Source: Octopus sinensis
Taxonomy: Eukaryota
Direction: 5' to 3'
Assembly: GCF_006345805.1 (NCBI RefSeq)
Contig: NC_043006.1
Span: forward strand, 79,298,001 to 79,362,000
Length of the DNA stretch: 64,000 nt
Made by a program: the position numbers and the translations under genes. Position 1 is the first letter of the stretch; every line of letters starts with the position of its first letter. The notes under the pieces were generated by a model. It was not told where the DNA came from. It did no database searches and saw only the letters and a list, made by a program, of their open reading frames with translations. Positions 10,443 through 23,095 of this stretch are shown piece after piece.

Positions 10443-10857
10443 AGTGTGTGTGTGTATGCGCGCGCGCACACATCTATTTGGCAAGAAAAAAAAAATGGCC
10501 ATCCTGAAATTTAACAATATCTGTTTCAACACAATTTCACATCAGGAATCATGTGAAATAAATTCATAAATGAAAATAGAATTTAATAATAAAAAATAAT
10601 AATGAAATTATTACATCAACCCCAGTACTAGACTGGTACTTATGTCATCAACCTTGAAAGGATGAAAAGTTGGCCTCAGTGAAATCTGAACTCAGAACAT
10701 AAGGAGGACATGAAATGTTGCTAGCAAGCATTTTGTCCAACATGCTAATAGCAGCAGCAGCAACAACAACAACAACAGAAACAGCTACAACAGATCAACA
10801 GTATTAGAAGCTAGAAGTCCCGATTTAGTAGCAGACAAAGAGAACAAAAAGTGCCAA

Positions 10858-11293
10858 GTTACTCTCTTTACTCTTTACTCTTTTACTTGTTTCAGTCATT
10901 TGACTGTGGCCATGCTGGAGCACCGCCTTTACTCGAGCAAATCGACCCCAGGACTTATTCTTTGTAAGCCTAGTACTTATTCTATCGGTATCTTTTGCTG
11001 AACTGGTAACGTAACCGGTTACAGTAACGTAAACACACCACCATCGGTTGTCAAGCAATGTTAGGGGGACAAACACAGACACACAAACATACACACACAC
11101 ACACACACACACGTATATATATATACACACACATATATGACAGGCTTCTTTCAGTTTCTGTCTACCAAATCCACTCACAAGGCTTTGGTTGGCTATAGTA
11201 GAAGACACTTGCCCGAGGTGCCATGCAGTGGGACTGAACCCGGAACCATGTGGTTCGTAAGCAAGCTACTTACCACACAGCCACTCCTACACC
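10858..11293 (-). mobile_element. Intact copy of the dominant tRNA-derived SINE
   Basis: Head, (CA/TA)n middle, 3' body and (AGAGTAA)-type tail. Similar copies or halves occur at about 1808-2020, 12047-12422, 18120-18420, 26300-26685, 36765-37110 and 63505-63750. Confidence 0.85.
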
Positions 11294-11339
11294 TATAGTA
11301 TATGAAAAATAGCAAGTACCAAGACCTTGCCAGGTAAAA

Positions 11340-11570
11340 TGTATTAGCAAAGTACCAGGACCTTGCCAGGTTAGATGTATTCCTGTAGTTATAGGTGGAT
11401 TAGGAACTATCCCTAAAGATTTGAACAGATCGATAGAGGAAATAGGCATAAAATCCAGTTTAGTACAGCTCCAGAAAATGGTGTTATTAAGGACAGCTAG
11501 GACACATAGGAAGGTTCTTGGCATCTAAGGTTACTTGTTGTAGCCTGATGTCAGGAATTTTCCTGTTCCA
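11340..11570 (+). mobile_element. Short 3' fragment of a second R4/Dong-like element
   Basis: Translates PVVIGGLGTIPKDLNRSIEEIGIKSSLVQLQKMVLLRTARTHRKVLGI*, resembling the RLE C-terminal signature. Confidence 0.7.
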
Positions 11571-11912
11571 AAAGTTTAATCTGCTGTGCATATATGAGAA
11601 GAAAATAATAAGTATTACACAAATATAATACGAGAGAAAGGAGGAAGGAAGATAGGGAGAGAGAGAGATGTGCGTGGGTGGATTTTCATTTCATTCAACA
11701 CAACAGCGTTTGTCATGCACAAAGTAAAGTACTTCCTTAACGTAAACAAACTGTAAGCTATTTTAAAACCTCAACAGGTTGTTTATACATTTCCACAGGG
11801 AAGAGATTTCTCATGTGATTAAACCATTTCCATTCAATAGAACACTGCTACGACCATGTCTTTTTTTTTTTTTTGTTTTACAACTTCCATCTAAACTGAT
11901 TGCTAACCAAAG

Positions 11913-11970
<58 letters not shown>

Positions 11971-13099
11971 TCTCTTTCTCTTCTGGTGTAAGCAAAATTA
12001 AAACAAAACATAATTATGTGTAATCACTATGAAATGAAATTATATTACTCTTTTACTGTTTCAGTCATTTGACTGCAGCCATGCTGGAGCACTGCCTTTT
12101 TTTTTTAATCAAGCAACTCGACCCCGGGACTTATTTTTGTAAGCCCAGTACTTATTCTATCGGTCTCTTTTGCCGAACCGCTAAGTAACAGGGACATAAA
12201 CACACATTGTCAAGCAATGCTAGGGGGACAAACACACACGCATATATATACATATATACGACGGGCTTCTTTCAGTTTCCGTCTACCAAATCCACTCACA
12301 AGGCTTTGGTCGATCCAAGGCTATAGCAGAAGACACTTGCCCAAGATGCCACGCAGTGGGATTGAACCCGGAACCATGTGGTTGGTTAGCAAGCTACTTA
12401 CCATACAGCCACTCCTACGCCTATTGAATACTTTTCCAGAGGGCTGTGTGATGTGGTCTTGATTTCAATCCCAATGAATGGCACCTTGGGCAAGTGTTTT
12501 CTCTCTACTATTGCTATGCTACCAGCTCATCAACGTCTTGAGAATGGAAATGGTAAATGAAACAGATTGGAAGTTCTCTTTACCTATCCTTATTTGTGTG
12601 GGCAGCAGGGGGTGGGTGTTATTGTGTTTAATCTAACACGTGGACACAACCAAAAAAGCTAAAACCGCCCTAAATTTGGACATAACGATCACAAACATCA
12701 CTTTCCGTAGCTGTTGTTCTAACTGCCACATGACATATACACTGGACAAAAGCTTTGACATGACCTTCTCATGCAGCTATCATATGACCTTAATACATGA
12801 ATGTAGCGGAAAGCTAACCGAAAATTCCCTTACCTCACCACATAACCTTTCTCAACCAATCTATCTGATAGTGATCTGAGCCACATTCTTTCTATAAAAA
12901 CAAATGATTTTCACAGCAACAACCTTTGTGACACAGTTCCACCTAACACTAACACATACCCTTTTGAAAATCAAATGTGAAACTGGCCACACGCTTGCAT
13001 GTGTGCTGCGAGAGTAGCTATGTACAAATTTTCTTCATTTGTTGATTTATTTACTTATTCAATGGCATAAAAGATAAACTATATGAAAAATATGAACTA

Positions 13100-13515
13100 G
13101 GTGTAGGAATGGCTGTGTGGTAAGTAGCTTGCTTACCAACCACATGGTTCCGGATTCAGTCCCACTGCATAGCATTTTGGGCAAGTGTCTTCTACTATAG
13201 CCTCGGGCCAACCAAAGCCTTGTGAGTGGATTTGGTAGACTGAAACTGAAAGAAGCCCGTCATGTATATGTATATATATATATTTATATATGTATGTGTG
13301 TATATGTATGTGTGTCTGTGTTTGTTCCCACGACATCACTTGACAACCGATGCTGGTGTGTTTACGTCCCTGTAACTTAGCGAGTCGTCAAAAGAGACCA
13401 ATAGAATAAGTACTAGGCTTACAAAGAATAAGTCCTGGGGTCGATTTGGTCGACTAAAGGCGATGCTCCAGCATGGCCACAGTCAAAATGACTGAAACAA
13501 GTAAGAGAGTAACAG
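13100..13515 (+). mobile_element. Plus-strand copy of the dominant SINE
   Basis: Same structure. Further plus-strand copies at about 23810-24175, 39423-39813, 47929-48305, 55527-55925 and 63156-63500. Confidence 0.85.
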
Positions 13516-14218
13516 AGAGATAGTAAAAATAAATACAATGTTCAAAAGATTACGTAGTTTACAAAAATGTTTAAAATAAGCCTCTCAAGGCCATCTCATG
13601 AGAGAAATTATAAGACTTTACCAATTGTGCATATACAAAAAGACTGACTGCAATATTGTATGGAGGTGTGTGTTTATTTATAGTATGTTATACTATAAAT
13701 AAAAGCATTATACATGAAGCGTAAAAAGTGCAACACCGTTGCACCTGATCAAAGCTGAGTCAATATGAAAATATCTAATCCATATACAAAAGAATTGAAC
13801 AACATTTCATCATCATCATCCTCCTCATTGTTTAATGTCCATTTTCCGTGCTGGCATGGGTTGGACAGTTCAACTGGGGTCTGGAAAGCCAGGAGGCTGC
13901 ACCAGGCCCCAATATGTATGTGTGTGTGTGTGTGTGTATAGAAAGAGGGAGGGAGAGACAGATAGACAGACAGAGAGGGAGGGAGGGGAGAGAGGCAATT
14001 ATTTTCTCTTTCGTTTGTACTCTGTGTAAGTTGGATCTATTAATATAAATATCCATTTATTTATACTTAAAAATTCATCCTCTGAAAAGTCTCCACCTTT
14101 TGCTTTCTCTCGTTCAGCATGTGGACATTCTTTTACTTGTTTCAGTCATTTGGCTGCGGCTCACCTTCTTCATGCACCTCAATCCTTGAATCTTACATTT
14201 ATTTATATCTATCTATAT

Positions 14219-14220
<2 letters not shown>

Positions 14221-14250
<30 letters not shown>

Positions 14251-17200
14251 TTAGCGTCCGTTTTCCATGCTAGCATGGGTTGGACAGTTCAACTGGGGTC
14301 TGGGGAGCCCGAAGGCTGCACCAGGCCAGTCAGATCTGGCAGTGTTTCTACAGCTGGATGCCCTTCCTAACGCCAACCACTCCGAGAGTGTAGTGGGTGA
14401 TTTTATGTGCCACCGACACAGGTGCCAGACGAGGCTGGCGAACGGCCACGCTCGGATGGTGTTTTTATGTGCCACCGACACAGGTGCCAGACGAGGCTGG
14501 CAGACGGCCACGCTCGGATGGTGTTTTTATGTGCCACCGACACAGGTGCCAGATGAGGCTGGCGGACGGCCACGATCGGATGGTGTTTGTTACGTCCCCA
14601 AAGCACGGAGGCCAGTCTATGCGGTACTGGCTACGGCCACGTTCGGATGATTTTCTTGTGTGCCACCGGCACTGGTACCACAAAGATACAAATTCCATTG
14701 ATGTTCATCTATTTTGATTTGTTTTGATTTGATTTTCACTTGCCTCAACAGGTCTTCAAAGTGTCACAAGAAGGAAGGTATGCACAGGTGGACTGACTAC
14801 GTCCCAGGTAGGGGCCACGGGTTATGGCCTGACTAGTCTTGCCGGGTCTTCGGATGGTGTTTTTATGTGCCACCGACACAGGTGCCAGATGAGGCTGGCG
14901 AACGGCCACGATCGGATGGTGTTTGTTACGTGCCCACAGCACGGAGGCCAGTCGATGCGGTACTGGCTACGGCCACGTTCGGATGGTTTTCTTGTGTGCC
15001 ACCGGCACTGGTACCACAAAGATACAAATTCCATTGATGTTCATCTATTTTGATTTGATTTGATTTGATTTTCACTTGCCTCACAGGTCTTCACAAGTGT
15101 CACAGGAAGGAAGGAAGGTATGCACAGGTGGACTGACTACGTCCCAAGTAGGGGCCACGGGTTATGGCCTGACTAGTCTTGCCGGGTCTTCGGTTGGTGT
15201 TTTTATGTGCCACCGACACAGGTGCCAGATGAGGCTGGCGAACGGCCACGATCGGATGGTGTTTGTTATGTGCCCACGTCACAGAGGCCAGTCGATGCGG
15301 TACTGGCTACGGCCACGTTCGGATGGTTTTCTTGTGTGCCACCGGTACTGGTACCACAAAGATACAAATTCCATTGATGTTCATCTATTCTGATTTGGTT
15401 TGATTTGATTTGATTTGATTTGATTTTCACTTGCCTCAACAGGTCTACACAAGTGTCACACACTTGCCTCAACAGGTCTTCACAAGTGTCATAAGTAGGT
15501 GTCACACACTTGCCTCAACAGGTCTTCACAAGTGTCATAAGTAGGAAGGTATGCACAGGTGGACTGACTACGTCGCCGGGTCTTCGGATGGTGTTTTTAT
15601 GTGCCACCGACACAGGTGCCAGATGAGGCTGGCGAACGGCCACGATCAGATGGTGTTTGTTGTGCCCACAGCACGGAGGCCAGTCGATGCGGTACTGGCT
15701 ACGGCCACGTTCGGATGGTTTTCTTGTGTGCCACCGGTACTGGAACCACAAAGATACAAATTCCATTGATGTTCATCTATATTTGATTTGGTTTGATTTT
15801 CACTTGCCTCAACAGGTCTTCACAAGTGTCACACACTTGCCTCAACAGTCTCTCCACGAGTGTCACACACTTGCCTCTGCCTCAACAGGTCTTCACAAGT
15901 GTCACACACTTGCCTCAACAGGTCTTCACAAGTGTCATAAGAGGGAAGGTATGCACAGGTGGACTGACTACGTCGCCGGGTCTTCGGATGGTGTCTTTAT
16001 GTGCCACCGACACAGGTGCCAGATGAGGCTGGCGAACGGCCACGATCGGATGGTGTTTGTTGTGCCCACAGCATGGAGGCCAGTCGATGCGGTACTGGCT
16101 ATGGCCACGTTTGGGTGGTTTTTGTTGTGTGCCACCGGCACTGGTACCACAAAGAATACAATTCCACTGATGTTCATCTATTTTGATTTGTTTTGATTTG
16201 ATTTTCACTTGCCTCAACAGGTCTTCATAAGTGTCACAAGAAGGAAGGTATGCACAGGAGGACTGACTATGTCCCAGGTAGGGGCCACGGGTTATGGCCT
16301 GACTAGTCTTGCCGGGTCTTCTCACGCACAGCATACTTCCATAGGTCTCGGTCTCTAGACATTTCCTTAGTGAGACCTAAAGTTCGAAGGTCGTGCTTCA
16401 CCACCTCGTCCCAGGTTTTCCTGGGTCTACCTCTTCCACAGGTTCCCTCAACTGCTAGGGTGTAGCACTTTTGCACACAACTATCTTCAGCCATTCTCAT
16501 CACATGACCATACCAGCGCAAACGTCTCTCTTGCACACCACAACTGACGCTTCTTAGGTTCAACTTTTCTCTCAAGGAACTTACACTCTGACGATTATGA
16601 ACACTGACATTACACATCCATCGGAGCATACTGGCTTATTTCTTGCGAGCTTACGCATATCCTCAGCAGTCACGGCCCATGTTTCACTACCATGTAGCAT
16701 GGCTGTACGTACACATGCATCATACAGTCTGCCTTTTACTCTGAGCGAGAGGCCTTTTGTCACCAGCAGGGGTAAGAGCTCTCTAAACTTTGCCCATGCT
16801 ATTCTTACTCTAGCAGTTACACTTTCAGCACACCCACCCCCGCTACTGACTTGGTCTCCTAGGTAGCGGAAGCTATCAACTACTTCTAGTTTGTCTCCCT
16901 GGAATGTGGCAGAAGTTGGTCTCTGCACATTTCCAGTGTTTATTGCTCCTGAGCATTTGCCACAGACAAAAAACTATTTTCTTAGTTAGCCTTCCTTTGA
17001 CATTGCTGCGCACCTCTTATGTGTCCATAGCTTACACTTGGTGCATCTTATAGAGTTTCTACCTACACCTTTTTTACAGATCGAGCAGGGCCATCTACCT
17101 GAAGGCGTATGTGATTGATCTACCTTCCTACTTATTAGGACTTTGGTTTTGGCTAGGTTGATTCTAAGGCCCTTCGATTCTAATCATTGTTTCCACACCT

Positions 17201-17388
17201 GAAACTTCTCCTCCAGTTCTGATAGTGACTCAGCAATTAGAGCAAGGTCATCAGCATAGAGGAGCTCCCAGGGGCAACCTGTCTTGAATTCCTCCGTTAT
17301 TGCCTGGAGGACTATGATAAATAGGAGGGGACTGAGGACTGAACCTTGGTGGACCCCAACCTCTACCCGGAATTCTTCACTGTACTCG
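14221..17388 (-). mobile_element. 5'-truncated RTE LINE with an amplified 3' region and (GAT)n tail
   Basis: RT motifs GVHQGSVLSPLLF, LLYADDL, FRYLGD, MLHGSETW and LRWYGHVMRM, in frameshifted ORFs at 16303-17435. The 3' UTR carries 60-bp repeats. (CAT)n on the plus strand at 14221-14250. Confidence 0.92.
14515..16320. repeat. Higher-order tandem array of five ~335-400-bp blocks from the RTE stop-codon/3' UTR region
   Basis: Blocks start at about 14515, 14851, 15191, 15586 and 15986. A recurring junction reads cttgccgggtcttc|ggatggtg. Nested ~33-bp sub-repeats (cacttgcctcaacaggtcttcacaagtgtcaca) are present. Confidence 0.9.
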
Positions 17389-17564
17389 TTATATATATAT
17401 ATATATATATATATGGTAAAACGGTAAGATAACAAAAGAAAGAAAGAGACCTCAATATTATGTAAATAGAGGAAATTTATCTATAAAATAATATGTTGCA
17501 TTACTCGGCATCTGAAACTCAGAGTTTTATCTTGACTATCGAGTAATGTAACATATTATTTTAT

Positions 17565-17604
<40 letters not shown>

Positions 17605-17605
17605 C

Positions 17606-18103
17606 AAGCATAATTAAATCTCAGAATGAGATTGAAACAGTAATCGCTCGATAATGTAAAGTATAGAAGCCATCTTATCATGGCTACAGTAACACCCCCT
17701 CCCCAATGTGGTTAGCCATAATAAGATGGCTTCTATACTTTACATTATCGAGCGATTACTGTTTCAATCTTATTCTGAGATTTAATTATGCTTACTGTTC
17801 ATTTTTCGACATCAGTGGCAGACGCCACTAGAAAAACTTATATATATTTGCAAAGCAGCCTTCACTTTCATCGCGACCTGGTGGTTACCGCCCGTTGACA
17901 AGGGACAAAAATCCCGAAACTAGTTCGAGCGTATCACTCAGGCTTGCGAGGAAGGGATGGCCTCCCTTTGCAAATACTCCAAGGGCACTGATATTGTGTC
18001 TAAAGCCAGCTAGAGATGACGATCTCTTGGGGCTATAAAGCTACAGTAACACCCCCTCCCCAATGTGGTTAGCCATGATAAGATGGCTTCTATACTTTAC
18101 ATT
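17606..18103 (+). mobile_element. TA-flanked non-autonomous hammerhead-bearing element (PLE terminal-repeat or retrozyme-like)
   Basis: 81-bp inverted arms at 17606-17686 and 17713-17793 with a 26-bp loop. A 64-bp direct repeat lies at 17683-17746 and 18040-18103 (period 357). Internal hammerhead. (TA)n on both sides. Confidence 0.6.
17889..17931 (+). ncRNA. Minimal type I hammerhead with U3-A8 core variant
   Basis: CGCCCG-UUGACAA-GGGA caaaaa UCCC-GAAAC-UA-GUU-CGAGCG. Stem I has 5 of 6 pairs, stem II has 4 bp, and stem III is the palindrome ACUAGU. Confidence 0.62.
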
Positions 18104-18367
18104 TTATATATATATATATCTTTTATCTTTCTTTTCTTTAACTGTTTCAGTCATCAGACTGTAGCCAATGCGGGGTAACCACCTTGAAGAATTTTAGTCA
18201 GGCGAATCGACCCCAGTACTTTTGTTTTTTTGAAATTTGGTCCTTATTCTGTCAGTCTTTTTTATAAAACCGCTAGTTTACAGGAATACAAACACACCAA
18301 CAATGGTGGTCAATCAGTGGTGGGGGACAGACACATACATACATACATGTGTCTGTGTGTATGTATT

Positions 18368-18425
<58 letters not shown>

Positions 18426-18645
18426 TAAATATGTGAATATGTGGCAGGGGCAATCGATGGTTTTTAAACCATTTAGCATACAGTCACAGGTCAGCAATAT
18501 AACTTGCAGCAGGCCTTGTTTAGTGTGCAGCATTGAAAAGTCACAACAATGACAAAACACCGATGTCTGTCACTCAGAAAAGGGACCTGATGTGAGTTGT
18601 CATGCTTGCCTATAACTTACTTTCAAGTGTTTTTAACACCAAGTG

Positions 18646-18647
18646 CA

Positions 18648-18679
<32 letters not shown>

Positions 18680-20450
18680 TTAACGTCTGCTTTCCATGCT
18701 GGCATGGGTTGGACGGTTTGGCTGAGGTCTTGAAATCCGGCGACTGCACCAGGCTCCAATTTGATCTGGTAATGTTTCTACAGCTAGATGCCCTTCCTGA
18801 CGCCAACTACTCTGAGAGTGTAGTGGATGCTTTTTATGTGCCATTGGCACAGGAGCCAGTCAAGTGGGCCTGGCATTGATCACGTTCAGATAATGCTTTT
18901 TTAAGTGCCACCAGCACAAAAGCCAGTCAGGAAGTACTGGCATTGGCCACGTTCCGACAGTACTTTTTACATGCCACCAGCATGGGTGGCCAGTTAGGGG
19001 TACTGGCATCAGCCACATTTGAATGCTGCATTTTACGTACCACCAGCACAGGGGCCAGTCAGGCAGTCCTGGCATCAATCACCTTCGGATAGTGCTTTTT
19101 ATGTACCACTAACATGGGAGCCAGTCACGGGGTACTGGCATCGGCCACATTCGGATGGTGCTTTTTATGTGCCACCAACACAGAAGCCAGTCAGGTGGAC
19201 CTGGCATTGACCAAGTTCAGATGGTGCTTTTAGCACGTCACCAGAGGTCTCAGTCACCTGTCATTGCCTCTGCGAGGCCCCATGTTTGAAGGTCATGTTT
19301 GACCACCTCATCCCATGTCTTCTTTGAGTTTACCTCTTCCACAGGTTCCTTCCAGTTAGGGAGTGGCACTTCCTCACACAGCTGTCCTCATCCATACGTA
19401 ACATATGGCCATACCAGCGCAGTCATCTCTCTTGCACACCACATTTGATGCTTCTCATGCCCAACTTTTCTCTCAGGGCGCTTACACTCTGTCATGTATG
19501 CACACTGCCATTACACATCCAGTGGATCATAGTAGCTTTATTTATTTCAAGCCTACGCATGTCCTCAGCAGTCATGGACCATGTTTCACTGCCATTTAGC
19601 ATGGCAGTTCACACACATGCATCATACAGTCTACCTTTCATCCTGAGCAAGAGGCCCTTAGTTGCCAGCAGAGGTAGTAGCTCCCTGAACTTTGCCCAGA
19701 TTATTCTTATTCTAGCCACAACACTCTCAGAGCAACCACCCCCCACAACGGATTTGGTTGCCAAGGTAGCAAAAGCTATTAACTACTTCTAGTTTTTTGC
19801 CCTGGCATGTGATGGAATTTGTTTTCTGTACATCTTCAGTGCTTATTGCCCCTGTGCATCTGCCACACACAAAAGCTATCTTTAATATTGTTGCACCTTT
19901 TATGTGTCCATAGCTTACACCAGGTACATCATATGGAGTTTTTACCCACACCTTTTCAATAGATCAAGCAGAGCCATCTACCTGAAGAGATTTGTGATTT
20001 GACAGCCTTCCTACTTACTAAGACTTTGGTTTTAGCCAGGTTAACCCTAAGGCCCTTTGATTGTAGATCTTACTTCCACAACCTAAACTTCATCTCTAGT
20101 TCTGGCTGTGACTCGGCTATTAGAACAAGGTCATCAGCATAGAGGAGTTCCCAGGGGCAGCCTGTTTTGAATTCTTGTTATTGCCTGGTGGACTATAATG
20201 AATAAGAGGGGGCTGAGGACTGATCCTTGGTGAACCCCCACTTCTACCTGGAATTCTTCACTATACTTGTTGCCAACCCTCACCTTACTGTACAGGGCTT
20301 GTACAGCTCTTATCAACCATTCGTCTGTCCCTAGTTTCTGCATTGATCACCAGATAAGGGATCGGAGGACCCTGTCAAAGGCTTTCTCCAAGTCAGCAAA
20401 AGCCAAGTACAGAGGTTAGCAGAAGTATAGCATCAGTGGTGCTTCTGCCT
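18646..20450 (-). mobile_element. Second, more decayed 5'-truncated RTE LINE
   Basis: GVHQGSVLSPLLF and FVCGRCTGAI motifs. Same 60-bp-repeat 3' UTR and (CAT)n tail on the plus strand. Confidence 0.9.
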
Positions 20451-20567
20451 GGCACAAAACGAAACTGCATCTCATCTAGACTAACTCTCTCCATTCTCTT
20501 AAACCTAAAATGCAGCCAACCCACGAACTAACAACACACACACCTTGTGTATGCGTGTCCATTTTTG

Positions 20568-20630
<63 letters not shown>

Positions 20631-20964
20631 CAGGTTTCTTTCAGTTTCTGTCAACCAAATCTACTCACAAAACTTTGGTCAACCCAAGGTACCACTTAAT
20701 GGGACTGGACCCAGAACCATGGGAAGCAAGCTTCAAACCACACAGGCAAACCTACACCTAGACAGACAGGCAGGCAGATAGATAGTATTATGAATATTTG
20801 GGAAGAGTCATTATATCACATGGGAAAAACATCAAAGGTCTGGAAAGTCAAGGTTGCTCTCAATGAGAATAAATACATATATTGTCAAATTAAGCAACAA
20901 TCCAACAAAAGTGACAAAAAGAATCCTAAGAGTATTCGTAAATCCTATCCTTTCACATACTGTT

Positions 20965-21310
20965 ACTATAGAGACGTTATCATTACTATCATTACTATAG
21001 AGATGTTATCATTACTATCATTGCTATGGAAACATTATCATTACTGTAGAGACGTTATCATTACTATAGAGACGTTATCATTACTATAGAGACATTATCA
21101 TTACTATCATTACTATAGAGATGTTATCATTACTATCATTACTATAGAGACATTATCATTACTATCATTACTGTAGAGACATTATCATTACTATAGAGAC
21201 GTTATCATTACTATAGAGATGTTATCATTACTATAGAGACGTTATCATTACTATAGAGACGTTATCATTACTATAGAGACATTATCATTACTATCATTTC
21301 TATAGAGACG
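20965..21310. repeat. Minisatellite of 20-bp and 9-bp units
   Basis: ctatagagacgttatcatta interleaved with ctatcatta. Confidence 0.92.
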
Positions 21311-22095
21311 TGGTTCTTTAAAACAGCAATCCCACGACCTTTCTTTTTGTCCCATGGACCAGTTTCATGCAAGACAATTTTTCCATGGGGCTGAGGAATC
21401 ATACATAGAAAAAAACAATAATGTGCATGATCATTGTCGTCATCGTTGTTTAACATCTGCCTTCCATGTTGGTATGGGTTGGACGGTTTGACAGGAGCTG
21501 ACCTGCCAGGTGCCTGCACAAAACTTCTGTGTCTGTTTTGGCAGGGCTTTTACGGCTGGATGCCCTTCCTAACACAAACTAATATATAATATATAATCTA
21601 ATTATCATATGTATAATACATGGCCCCATTTTACATATCTCTGATATAGGTTACATATATTATATCATACCTTGATAGTGTGTGGACTGAGATCTTCATT
21701 GGTAGGCCCTTGATATTAAAATAAAGTGCAGACTCTTGCATTAGAAAACTGCTGAGAAAGTTCTACCTGACTGACAAGTGTCATTGGATCACTTCATTTC
21801 TGGTGGTGATAACGAACAGGAAGTGTCTGAGCGACTCGGACAGAATAATTACCACAAGGTATTTTTGTTTGATGCACTCGATACATATATACAAATATAC
21901 ATGTGTACACACACGTGCGCGTGTGCACACACACACGCACACACTTCTAGAAAGCATCTGAACAATATATGGAAACGACAGACTTGGTTTATTGGACACC
22001 TCATTAGAAGGGAAAAAAAAAACTGAACACTTGGTAAGAACAGAGAAACTAAAAGGTAAAAAGAAACCAGGAAAAATACTAGAGAGAGCATAAGC

Positions 22096-22200
22096 CAGTG
22101 CTTCTCAAACTATCTGATGTGGCATACCAGCATTTTTTTTTTTCCAATAGGCCAGGGACCAGCAATATTTCTTAGTAATTTTAATTTATACTGGAAACAA
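22096..22200 (+). mobile_element. Possible hAT-type MITE end
   Basis: Begins CAGTGCTTCTCAAACT. No partner end was found. Confidence 0.35.
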
Positions 22201-22269
22201 TATATATAATGAGTATGATAAAAGATGACAATTTTTTTTATCATATATTTATTTTGTAAACAAATAATC

Positions 22270-23095
22270 TTTCCTTCTCTAGGCACAAGGCCCGAAATTT
22301 TTGGAGAGAGGGCCAGACGCAACCGGTTCTTAATTTATTGACACCAAAAAGATGAACGGCAAAGTCAACCTCAGCGGAATTTGAACTCAGAACATAAAGA
22401 CAGATGAAATACCGCTAAGCATTTTGCCCGGCATGCTAATGTTTCTTATTTCTTTAATGCCCACAAGGGGCTAATCATAGAGGGGACAAACAAGGACAAA
22501 GGGATTAAGTTGATTACATTGACCCCAGTGCTTAACTGGTACTTAATTTAATCGACCCCGAAAGGATGAAAGGCAAAGTTGACCTCGGCGGAATTTGAAC
22601 TCAGAACATAAAGACAGACAAAATACCGCTAAGTATTTCACCCGGCATGCTAACGTTTCTGCCAGCTCACTGCCTTAACAAATAATACAATATTCTTTTC
22701 TACTCTAGTCACAAGGCCCAAAATTTTGGGGAAGGGGGCCAGTCGATTAGAACGACCTTAGTACACAACTGGTATTTAATTTATTAACCCTGAAAGGATG
22801 AAAGGCAAAGTCGACCTTGGCAGAAGTTGAACTCAGAATGTAAAGACAGATGAAATACCTATTTCTTTACTACCCACAAGGGGCTAAACACAGAGAGGAC
22901 AAACAAGGACAGACAAATGGATTAAGTCGATTACATCGACAACAGCGCAAAACTGGTACTTATTTAATCGACCCTGAAAGGATGAAAGGCAAAGTCGACC
23001 TCGGCGGAATTTGAACTCAGAACGTAGCGGCAGACGAAATACCACTAAGCATTTCGCCGGCTTGCTACCATTTTTGCCAGCTCGCTGCCTCAACA
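22270..23095 (-). repeat. Tandem cluster of about four partial or complete copies of the third SINE family
   Basis: Repeated gaaaggcaaagtcgacctcggcggaatttgaactcagaa units with two alternating 3' tails. Confidence 0.8.

Noticed and set aside
14394-16320. CRISPR-like appearance of the regular repeats
   Set aside because: There are no unique spacers and no cas genes, the context is eukaryotic, and the units derive from the RTE 3' UTR.
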